64,000 nucleotides of DNA from Lingula anatina (lineage: Eukaryota; Animalia; Brachiopoda): assembly GCA_051362555.1 (NCBI GenBank), contig CM120640.1:49950788-50014787 (forward strand). Direction: 5' to 3'. Shown here in pieces: positions 39,715-51,647 of the stretch. The position numbers and the translations under genes are program-made. Under the pieces are notes generated by a model. The model was not told the origin of the DNA. It made no database searches and worked only from the letters and a program-made list of their open reading frames with translations. The stretch's first letter is position 1; every line of letters starts with the position of its first letter.

Positions 39715-42700
39715 CTACTGAAAACCACTATAGTTTCCAAATGGCACCCCAAAGGCCTGCATATATAACATTCCAGTAGCAGCATTAATGAACTCTTGTT
39801 GGCTGTGCATGCCACTACTAGCAGATGACACTTGGACAGTTCCTGGTTGCTCTTGGCTTTTTACCATGGACTGCTGTTGGTCCATTGATGGGTCCATACC
39901 CCTTGTATTATCAATATCAGTTGCTGGAATAAGATCTCTAGTGTTAATAGTTTCATGGGTTGTCATAGCCTCATGTGTGACCATGGCATCACCACTGGAA
40001 GCATTTTGGTCCAACTGGTGAGATGCTGTGCCCCCAAATGCAACACGGATGAGGCTCTCACCTTGAGAGACAAAGTGAGACAAATCAGGATTTTCATCTG
40101 GGATTGGCAAAGTTGTGATTTTAGTCATGTTTTCCTCGCCGTGAATCTTCATGTGGACGCGTAGATTGTCTGCACGTGAACACGACTTGCCACAGATTTG
40201 GCACATAAAACGTTTGAAGTCTGTGTGAACGGTTTTTCTATGTTTGGTTAAACCACCTTTGTCTGGAAACCCTCTGCGACAGATTTCACAAACATGTGGT
40301 TTTAATCCTGAATGTCTTTTTTCATGTGCTGCCACTCTGTCCTTGCTTTTAAATCCTTTACCGCAAGTTGAACAACTATAAGGAGTTTCGGTTTTGTGAA
40401 CCAGTGCATGGGAATACAGAGTGGCTTGTGTCTTAAATGATTTTCCACATACATTGCAGATAAACTGCCTCCCTTCTTCATGAGTAAGACTATGAGCCTC
40501 AAGGTTGCTTTTATACATGAAAGTTCTCCCACAAATGTCACACATAAAGCGAGAAGAGTCTTCTGTGTGTCTACGCCTATGAGCTCTCAAAAGATGGTCA
40601 GACTTAAAGAATTTTCCACAGATTTCACATTCTACATTTTTTATCTCATGAGTTCCCTCATGAACTTTAAGTGCACTCTTACTAACAAAACCACGGTCAC
40701 ATATGCCACATTTGAAAGGGCGTTCTTCTTGATGAAGCATCATGTGCAGTTTCAAACTATTTTCATAGGGGAAGGACTTCCCACATGTAGAGCATTGGTA
40801 TTTCTTCTCATTTGTGTGAACAGCTTGAATATGGTTTTTTAGATGACAGGAAGTTAGATAAGTCTTTACACACAGTTCACACTTATATGGACGTTCACCC
40901 TTATGTCGCAACATATGAAGTTTTAAACTGTTGCTAAAGTTAAACTTTTTGAGACACAGTTTACAGTGGAAAGGTTTGTTATCTTCACTACTATGCAGAC
41001 CACGCCTATGATGATACAGTGTACTCTGAGATGTGAATGCCTTTCCACATTCCTCACAGACAAACTTCTTGTCTTTGTTGTGTCTAAGGATATGTTTGTA
41101 CAGGGCAGAGCGGTTTGGACAGGTGCGTCCACACAAATGGCACTTCAACACATCTTCTGCATGTAATTTCACCCTGTGCTTCTTCAGCTCTGCCATCTTT
41201 GAAAACGACTCTCCGCATATGGAACAAATGTGGTTATGGACCTCTTCCATGTGCTTTTGCAGATCATCATGGCACACAAATATTCTCCTGCACAGATCAC
41301 AGTTGTAAGACCGCCCTGGATGTTGTTCTCTAATATGACGCTTAAACTCCACTCTCTTTTTGAATATCTCATCACAGTCAGTGCAAGTGTATTCAGAAGT
41401 TTCTGCATGCCTCTTCTCATGCCTCTTTAGGTCGTCTGGACGAAGGAAACTTTTGTCACACTGTTTGCACTGATGTGGCTTTAAGCCTTTGTGTCTATTC
41501 AAATGGTCCCTGTAGTGCCCACTATGATCAGTGGTGTAATCACAATGAACACAATGAAATTTTCCTGCCTTCATCCCATCGACAACTCTATGCTCTTGTG
41601 GTACAGTCTGTTGTGCTGGAGCAGCCCTAGTTTTTGGTGGTTTGACCTGTTTAGGTTTAATTTTTTTCTTGCTTTTCCTTGACTTTGCTGTAATAGAGAA
41701 AGCGAATCACTTTCAATATCATCTTTTTCTTGATCTCGATGTAAAGTAACAGATAAGTAGACTCACTTTTGACAAGATGAAGACTAGTCAGATTTTCACT
41801 CACACTTAAACATGTAACATTACTATTTCAATGTTTCACAAGCCTTTTATTCTATTTAGATCAATTCTGTCTGAAATACTTAATTTGATTTTGATAAAAA
41901 AAAAGGTGCTTTTTTACGGGGTCTTCCTCGCTTCCTTTTCCCAATTTGTCTTTCATCAGACAGCTTCCATTCCTCCTCACTCCTGGAAAATATATGTAGG
42001 AAAAACATGTCACATCTTATGGTGAACATATCAATTAGCAATTTCTTAATAAGATGCAAATTGTAACCCCCCTCCTCCTCAAAAAAATAAAATAAATAAA
42101 TAAATAAAATAAATAAATAAATAAATAAATAATAATAATAGACAAATTTAATGTTGTACTCACCCTTCATCAGTCACCTCCTCAGGACTATACACATCAT
42201 GGTCACTCTCGTTGACCTCTTGTTTCACTCCAGTATCTCCCTGTTCTTTTCTGGAACCACTACCTGCTGTTTCTACCTGCTGGATCAACTTCTCCACTGT
42301 CTTAGAGATACCAGATTCTTTTGCATAAGAGATCAGTTGTTGTATGAATTCATCTTTATTTTCTTGTACCAATGTCTTGGTGTCTGTTAAGCCAGAGGGT
42401 TCAGAGTTATCTGAATCTACAGTTTCAGCCAAGCTTGCACTTTGGAGGTTTGGTAATCGAGATTTTTTTGTTGCTGTGAAATTAATGTCGGAGAAACCAA
42501 CTATGCCATTATCTTCATTCTCAATGTTTACATCTAACTCATCAATAAGATTATTCCTTTCTGTTTTTTCAACTTGTTTACAAGGCATATTAGTAGACTC
42601 CATTGCTGTTGGGAATTCTGTTTGAAACAGATGTTGGTCTGAAGAAATGAACAAAGAGCCTTCTTGTGTTGTGTTGTGTACTCTATACTCATTGATAGTG

Positions 42701-45700
42701 TTAAGTCTAGTTATGTAGTAAAATCATAGAACAGGAAAAGAGGAGGAAGATAAATCTTGAACAACTTGTCAGAAAAGAAAAGGAGAAAGTAGTTTCAAAA
42801 TACCAGAGCAAATTTATTGATACAGTTTCGTAAACATCCAAATCCCTTGCATAATTGGTGGTTCAGTGGTATATGCAGCATAGATCAGTGTGAAGTCTAA
42901 ATATAGGTCGTTTGCTGACGTAACAAGGTCAAGGTCGAAAAGAAAAGTATGGCTGCCACAAGACCACGAGGTTATGCATGTACAAGTTTAAACTAGTCTA
43001 AACGTATTCAAAAGTATTTATAAGGTGTTTTGGACAATACCACGGACAATCAAAGGCATTCATAAGGTGTTTTGGACATTACGACAGAAGATAAAAGGTA
43101 TTCATAAAGTGTTTTGGACATTACAACAGATGATCAAAGCTATTCATAAGGGATTCTGTCAAGATACTGGACATTACAGACGGATAGAAAGGAACGGATA
43201 GAAGTTAGTAAATGAAAGATAACGGCGATACATGTACTATCCAGTTCTGTGATTAATGATCTTGATAAGACTTTTAATATATGCAAACAGGAAACATTTT
43301 TATGTTGCGGAATAGAACCATAAAATAGAAGATAGTGCAAGGCGGTTTATGTTTTGATATGCGGACATGATCTAATGCATGGACGAAAAAGTGTCAAAGT
43401 TTAATAAAAGATATTGGACATTACAAAGGTGTTTTGTGTCAAGATATTGGACATTACATCGCAGTTTAGACTAATTGACTTGTTGGACTGAAAAGTGTTT
43501 TCATATATATTAAAAAACATGGCCACTGAAGAAGAAGAAAGTGTTGTGCCAAGAAGAAGTACCAGGGAACCAGTGCCATCTGGAAAAGTAAAAGAAAATT
43601 GGCAACAGAAGGTAGAAAGTAGAGATGAAAAACTAGGTCAAGTAATAAAGAGAAAAAATGCCCTCAGGGAAGCCATGCTAACAGAAAATATAACTGTAGT
43701 ACGAGACACACTCATAGCATTGGACAATGCATGGAAGAATTATACACGCAGTCATTTAGAGCTAATAAAGGTGTGTGTCACTGAAAGTATGATTGATGCC
43801 ACATACGATGAGTATGAAGTAGAAGAAGAAAAATATCTCAGGGTAAAGGCAAAGGCAAAAAAATTTCAAGAGGCTCAAGATGATGTTTCTTCAAGCAATG
43901 AGAGTGAATCAGAGACAGATGTGCCCACTGTGCCAACAGGGCATGATATCTCACAAATTTTGACCCTGCCTAAGATTGATATGCCCATTTTCGACGGTGA
44001 CCCTAAAAAGTATACTGTATTTATGAGAGCATTTGAAAATATTATAGAATGCAAGACAAAAAGTAATAGCAGTAAACTGTTTTACTTACACCAATACACT
44101 AGAGGTGAGCCACAAGAACTAGTTGGCAGTTTTCTGGCCAAAGATCCAGACAGGGGTTTTGAAGAAGCAAAGAAAATGTTGAAAAAAAATATATGGCCAC
44201 AGTTATCGTGTAGCCTCTGCCTGTGTGGAGGAACTGTTGTCTTTCCCTCCTGTGAAGGATTCAAATACCCTCCGGAAGTTTTCAGTGAAACTTACCAGCT
44301 GTAAAAACACTGTAGAAGAAGTAGGGTACATGAATAAATTAGAAAGTCAAGAAAACCAGAAGGGAATCATTACTAAGTTGCCTTATGATCTGAGGAAAAA
44401 GTGGAGAGTTAGGGCTGACAGGATCTGCGAAGAAGATGAAAGGGACCCGACGATATCTGATATAGCAGAATTTGTTGAAAAGGAAGCTAGAATAGCTAAT
44501 CATCCTGTCTTTGGAGAAATAGAATCAAGCAGTAAAAGAAAAGATGATAGGCAAATTAGAAAGGACACTAAGAAGTCGTTTGCCATGAATGTGGAAAATC
44601 TAAACACTGGTGTTAATAAGAGGGTATCTCCAATGTGCCAACAGTGTGAAGAATGCCATTACACTGACCAGTGCCCCAGATTTAAGAATGCACCACTAAA
44701 AGAGAGAAAAGAATTGGTGCAAGAAAAGAATCTCTGCTTTAACTGTTTAAAACCAAAGCACCGAGCTCGAGAATGCAAATTTAAAGGTAAATGTTCAGTA
44801 TGCCAAGGAAGACATCATACTTTGTTGCACGCCTACAGCATCACTCCCGATGTCACACCAAGTCCTCAAGCTACCAATGGTTATGTGGACACTGCACCTA
44901 AAGCCCAAGTAGCATTACCCATCGTACCTGTGAAGGTGAAGTCAGGTAGCAGCTCTGTCACCACATATGCATTTTTAGACAGTGGATCGACCGCCACTTT
45001 TTGTGCAAATTCGCTACTTAAGCGAATGAATATTGATGGTAAAAAGGGGAGCTTTAATTTGACAACAATGTCAAATGTTAACAAGAAGCTGGAATGTACA
45101 ATAGTGGACTTGGATATCTCTCCAATGGATGATGAAGCCATATTGCCGCTGAAGAACGTATTTTCAATGCCTGAGTTACCAGTTACCAGGAAAGATGTTC
45201 CTAAAACAGAAGATATAAAGAAATGGTCACATTTAAGGGACATCAAGATGATTGATATAAATAGTGATGTGGAGCTCTTAATTGGTGTTGATAATTGCAA
45301 GGCATTGGAACCAAAAGGTTTCATACAAAGTGAGAATGGTGGGCCATATGCAGTTCACACAATGTTTGGTTGGACTATTAACGGTCCGCTAGGGGGTCAA
45401 CCAGTGCATGCACCACACACAGCAAATTTTATCAAAGTTGACCTTTCTAATCAGTTCAAGGAATACTGCAATATGGAATTCAATGACAGGTCAGACATAC
45501 AAGAAATGTCAAGGGAAGACATAGAAGCGCTATCCATCATGAAGAAATCAGTCAAACGGGTTGAAGGGCAATATCAGATCGATTTACCTGTAAAGCATGT
45601 GGACCGCCTTGAGGACAACAAGGTCATGGCAGAAAGGCGCCTAAGTCAATTAGGTCGGCGACTGGAAAAAAATGAAGAGCTTGCCCAGAGGTATTCAGGT

Positions 45701-48700
45701 TGTATGAATGAATTATTAGAAAGAAAGTACGCAGAGAAGGTGGACAGCAAGGCAGAAGGTGTAGTGTGGTACCTTCCCCACCATGCAGTCTTCAATCCCA
45801 ACAAGCCGGACAAAACAAGAATTGTGTTCGACTGTTCTGCGAAATATAAGGATGTGTCCTTAAATGATGTCCTGTTACAAGGACCTGACCTTACTAACTC
45901 TGTAGTGGGCGTACTCACCAGGTTTAGGCAGCATCCTATAGCAATTATGGCTGATATAAAGGAAATGTTCCACCAAGTGAAGGTGACACCAAAAGACTGT
46001 GACGCATTAAGATTTTTATGGTGGCCAAATGGTGATCAGAAAGAAAAGCCAGAGGAATATAGAATGAAAGTCCATCTATTTGGAGCAAAGTCATCACCCT
46101 CATGCTGCAATTTTGCTCTGAAACAAACTGCAATTGACTATGGAAATGAATATGGCAGTGAGGTAGTCAAGACAGTCAACAGAAATTTCTATGTGGATGA
46201 TTGCCTTGTGTCAACAGAAAGTGTTAAGGAAGCTGTTGAGTTGTCCAGTAGTCTTAGAAGTTTGCTATTAAGTGGAGGTTTTACTCTGAGAAAATGGGTC
46301 TCCAATTCAAGAGATGTACTAGATACTATACCAGTGGAAGAGAGAGCAGACGCAGTCAAAGATTTTGATTTCTCAAACCTACCAGTAGAGAGGGCACTAG
46401 GAATAAAGTGGGACGTAGAGTCAGACTGTTTTGGTTTCAGGATCAACATTAAAGAACGACCAACAACAAGACGTGGGATTTTGTCAGTTATGAGCTCAGT
46501 ATATGACCCACTTGGTTTTGTTGCACCAACCATTTTGCCAGCAAAAATGATTTTGCAAGATTTATGCCGCTCTCAGTATGAATGGGATGAAGAGATTCCT
46601 GACGATCACTTAACCAGATGGGAAAATTGGAAGGAAGACATAACTAAGCTATCACAGTTGAACGTGCAGCGTTGTCTGAAGCCTGCAGAGTTCGAAGAAT
46701 CTACGTCAACACAGCTGCATTATTTTGCTGATGCGTCAACTACAGGTTATGGTGCGGCGGCTTACATTAGATTCACAAACAAAGTTGGTGGAATACATGT
46801 AGCATTCATCATGGGGAAGTCTAGATTGGCTCCACTGAAGACAGTGACAGTACCCAGACTAGAATTATCAGCAGCAACCACAGCAGTTAGGCTTAGGAAT
46901 ATTGTTCAGAGTGAGCTGGAAATACCAGTAGATCAACAATTCTTCTGGACTGATAGTACAGCAACCTTGAAGTATATAAACAACCAAGATAAGAGATTCC
47001 AAACCTTTGTGGCCAATCGTGTCAGTACGATTTTAGCAGGATCCGAGCCGAGTGAGTGGAAGTATGTGAACACATTATGTAATCCAGCAGATGATGCCTC
47101 AAGAGGGTTGTCAGTCGATACCTTTCTACGTGACCAAAGATGGCTGAAAGGTCCAGAATTTTTATGGCATTCAGAAGAAGACTGGCCAGAGCAACCAGAA
47201 ATTGGAATCCTGACAGATGATGACAAAGAAGTTAAACAACAGAAAAAATCATGCATGGCAGTTACAAGCACAACATTTGATGATATCTTAGAGAGATTTT
47301 CTTCCTGGGAGCATTTGAAAAGGATTGTAGCATGGATACTTCGCTACAAAACCAAGCTGTTAAATGTTGTTAGGAGGAAAAGTAGTGATACGTCATTAAG
47401 TGCCAAACAGGGAAAGCAAGAGATAGCACAAATCACAGTTCAAGAAATGGAGTCTGCCGAAGCAGCATTGCTTATGTATGTGCAACGCAAGAGCTTTCCT
47501 CAAGAATTTCATGAAGTGAAGAAAACAAGCAGTATCTACAAGCTTGATCCTATTGTTGTAAATGGACTTTTGCGAGTTGGAGGTCGGCTCAGATATGCAG
47601 CAATTCCTGAAAATGCAAAACACCAGGTTATTTTGCCAAAGAAACATCATGTGTCAATGTTAATCATTCGACATTTTCATGAAATTTGTGGTCACTCTGG
47701 GAGAGAGTATGTTTTGTCACTCTTAAGGAAGAAATACTGGATCATAAAGGCAAATGCAGCCGTACGCCATGTGTTAAACAAATGTGTTAGCTGCAGAAGA
47801 CAACAAGCACACCCAGGTGTCCAGAAAATGTCTGATTTACCAGCAGACAGAGTTGAGCCAGACAAACCTCCATTCTCACATACAGGAATTGATTATTTTG
47901 GGCCGTTTCTTGTGAAAAGAGGAAGAAGTGAAGTTAAAAGGTATGGATGTATATTCACATGCTTAGTAACTAGGGCAGTGCACATTGAAATTGCTCACAC
48001 ATTGGATACAGACTCCTTCATAAATGCTTTGAGAAGATTTATAAGCCGAAGAGGAACACCAGAACTCATAAGGAGTGACAATGGAACCAATTTTGTAGGT
48101 GGCCAGAGAGAATTAAAGGAATCAATAGATGGATGGAATCAAGGACAGATACACAATTTCCTTTTGCAGAAGCAAGTACAGTGGAAATTCAATCCACCCT
48201 CAGCATCTCATTATGGTGGAGTGTGGGAACGTTGTATACGCTCTGTTAGAAAAATCATGTCAATGTTACTTAAGGAACAAGTTTTGTCTGATGAAAGTTT
48301 GTGCACACTGATGTGCGAAGTGGAGGCAGTTTTAAATGGGAGACCAATTACTAAGGTTTCAGCAGATCACAATGATTTAGAACCACTCACACCAAACCAT
48401 CTTCTTATGTTAAGATCTGCATACAAGTTACCGCCAGGAATTTTTTGCAAGAAGGACTTATACGCCCGTCGTAGATGGAAACAAGTGCAATTCTTGGCAG
48501 ATATGTTCTGGAAAAGATGGCTTAAAGAGTATTTGCCAACATTACAGGAGAGACAGAAATGGAATGTTAAGCAAAGGAATTTCCAAGTTGGAGACATTGT
48601 GCTGATTATGGACTACCAGGTCCCAAGAGGTAGCTGGCCTATGGGACGGATAACTAATGTATATCCAGATAAAAAAGATATTGTGCGAACTGTCGAAGTA

Positions 48701-50150
48701 AGGACAAAAGATAGTGTAAAGGAAAGACCAGTATCAAAGTTGATATTACTTTTAGAAGGACAGGAAGACTGACTTAATTCTATTATTTCAGAATTATTAT
48801 TGCTCATGGACATTTAAAAAAAAAAACTTGTAAACAATTGTCACATGGTTTGTTATATTGTTCTTGGTATGTTATATTGTTCTTTTACTTGTTAGTTTGG
48901 GTAAAAATTATGCCTTTAAAATCTTGTTTAGTGTACAGATAGTTAAGTACATGTTATTGTAGCAGTACAGCAACTTAGTTATCAAAAGGAATCAGTTACA
49001 AGTATTTTTGTTATTGTATTTTACAGTTGTCTTTAGGATGTTAGTCTTAACACAAGTGATTTAGTGATTTGGTAATAGTAGTTAAGTATTAAGCTTATAG
49101 TAAGCTTAAGGTGGTGGGCGTGTTAAGTCTAGTTATGTAGTAAAATCATAGAACAGGAAAAGAGGAGGAAGATAAATCTTGAACAACTTGTCAGAAAAGA
49201 AAAGGAGAAAGTAGTTTCAAAATACCAGAGCAAATTTATTGATACAGTTTCGTAAACATCCAAATCCCTTGCATAATTGGTGGTTCAGTGGTATATGCAG
49301 CATAGATCAGTGTGAAGTCTAAATATAGGTCGTTTGCTGACGTAACAAGGTCAAGGTCGAAAAGAAAAGTATGGCTGCCACAAGACCACGAGGTTATGCA
49401 TGTACAAGTTTAAACTAGTCTAAACGTATTCAAAAGTATTTATAAGGTGTTTTGGACAATACCACGGACAATCAAAGGCATTCATAAGGTGTTTTGGACA
49501 TTACGACAGAAGATAAAAGGTATTCATAAAGTGTTTTGGACATTACAACAGATGATCAAAGCTATTCATAAGGGATTCTGTCAAGATACTGGACATTACA
49601 GACGGATAGAAAGGAACGGATAGAAGTTAGTAAATGAAAGATAACGGCGATACATGTACTATCCAGTTCTGTGATTAATGATCTTGATAAGACTTTTAAT
49701 ATATGCAAACAGGAAACATTTTTATGTTGCGGAATAGAACCATAAAATAGAAGATAGTGCAAGGCGGTTTATGTTTTGATATGCGGACATGATCTAATGC
49801 ATGGACGAAAAAGTGTCAAAGTTTAATAAAAGATATTGGACATTACAAAGGTGTTTTGTGTCAAGATATTGGACATTACAGATAGGTTTCAGCAAAGTAT
49901 CAGCATTGCCATGTTGACCTATGACCAAGTCAATGCCATTTTCTCCATTAGAAAGGGCAGTTTGATTATGCTGTGAGGTGAGTGACTCATCAACTTTTAC
50001 AACAGTCACATCTCTGTCTATGTCAACTGTGAGTGTTCCTGTGATATGGGCATGGCTAGTAAATGATATGTTTTTCAATGCAGCCACAACAGCCTTTCCT
50101 AGAAGGAACTGCAGTCCCATTCTTTCCTGGATAGAAGCTCTATCTTCCAT
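39715..50150 (-). CDS. C2H2 zinc-finger protein (17 fingers plus AT-hook, ~945 aa when restored); exons [50150-49881 + 42693-42164], 41982-41918, 41687-39715; this allele is disrupted by a BEL/Pao insertion
   Basis: 17 CxxC..HxxxH units with GERPY/GLKPH linkers; KRKRGRP AT-hook; removing the element rejoins the two halves of exon 1 in frame. The donor at 41917 (GTAAAA) is the weakest junction. Confidence 0.88.
42699..49880 (+). mobile_element. Full-length BEL/Pao LTR retrotransposon (7182 bp)
   Basis: 760-bp TG...CA LTRs at 42699-43458 and 49121-49880 with no difference seen; 5-bp TSD GATAG (42694-42698, 49881-49885); purine-rich AGGTGGTGGGCG before the 3' LTR. Confidence 0.98.
43519..48772 (+). 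CDS. BEL/Pao Gag-Pol polyprotein (~1750 aa) broken by one extra A at 44182-44189
   Basis: LPKIDMPIFDGD gag; three zinc knuckles ending CSVCQGRHHTLLH; protease AFLDSGS; RT YLPHH, ADIKEMF, FYVDD; RNase H FADAS, VPRLEL, NPADDASRG; integrase IDYFGP, SDNGTNF, GGVWER; C-terminal FWKRWLKEYL. Confidence 0.96.
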
Positions 50151-51647
50151 ATTCTACTGCTGCAAAATGAAACCATATGTAAATGATATCCATGTCATAG
50201 CATCCTGGTTGGCATTACAGGGGGTGCAATTTGAGGAGACGAGAGGCAAGATAAAAATTTAAGAGCTCCTGTATCATGGTGGATGTACAAGCTGGTTCTC
50301 ATTTTATACTTTTTGAGCCGGTTGCTTTCATGCGTTAGAACAGCCAGTATATTTCATGTACATGTAGAAACCGAAGTGCTAACACATACACTCGTGCTAC
50401 GTTAACTTAGGCTATATATTCACATACCATCACTTTATACAACTTACATACTTACTTCTGAAAGCCATGTGCTCAAACATCAGGTAACCAAAAAGCAACA
50501 AATATGCAAAGATAAACTGCAAAGCGTGGCCGCACTACCAGCAGAGACTGGCCCGATCTCGGTTGTGGTCAAGCTTAGAACCGCAAATCAGAATGTCAAC
50601 ATTGAAGTTTCCAGCATCCCCTTCTTCTTATGCATGCACAAAATAGAACCACGACTGATGATGCAAATACATAAGATGATCAACAGTGCAAAATATCTGT
50701 AATGTACAATTACAGAAGAGAACTGGATGTCCTTCTCACTTTGGGCATCCCATCCTGTCCCCTCTGACGTCAGTTCAACAAGTTAATCAACCTTCCTTTG
50801 AAGAGAGCTCTTTCCAAGATAAGCACAAACGAATCATCCGAGATAGCCAAAGGTCTTTGCTGCGACTTCGTGTAAATTAGAGCGAAATATCGAAGGATTT
50901 GGGAGAAGAAAGAGGTCAGCATTTTATGATACTGTTTAAGTTCATTGAATTACATTGTATATTCCTTTAGTATCAATATGAATAGATAAACTTTATTTTA
51001 TTGTTCCACAACGCATGAATGGAAAGCTATTGCCAAGAATAAAAGAATTGAAATATGAAAACGTTCAGATTTATTTTAGTATTCACAGATACATATTTTC
51101 CAACTCTGCATTAATAACGCGCACCTAATATTTTTGTACGTGTAAACATACATGTACCTTACATGCATAAATACCAGTAGGGTCTCTTGTCTCTTTTAAA
51201 ATATAAATATAAATGCACTTTAATACTTGAGAAAGTCATTAAATTGACAAATGATATGGACATCACGCAAAATGCACCTTGGTCACACTTGGACAAGCAG
51301 GCCCAGGTATAAGTAATGATAATTTAATTTAAAGACTAAATCGATAAATCTGGAGGTTTATTCTACAGTCCACCTACTTGTATTTAATCTGGGGGTTTCT
51401 CTTATGATATCAAAAACATCGGATAATTCATCCCGCCAACATTAGGTATTATCTGTAAGTTCATCGGAAGATTGAAGGGGAGGAGTGAAAAAAATGTACA
51501 CTCTGGCATTAAGACAATAGATTCCCCGACATCTTTCTCCTCCTCTCTTAATCCCCTTATGTGCTGGTATATAACAAATCTGAAGATAATTGCAAAATGA
51601 CATGGCGATGGCGTATCAGAAAGTAAGGCAGCCTGTGTTTTGCACGC

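Noticed and set aside
39788-41682. Many antisense or alternative-frame ORFs over the zinc-finger exon (similar ones over Pol and the PKD1-like exons)
   Set aside because: Shadow ORFs of real coding sequence with no motifs of their own
43140-43340. Identical 66-aa ORFs at 43140 and 49562
   Set aside because: Antisense frames within the two LTRs; duplicated only because the LTR is
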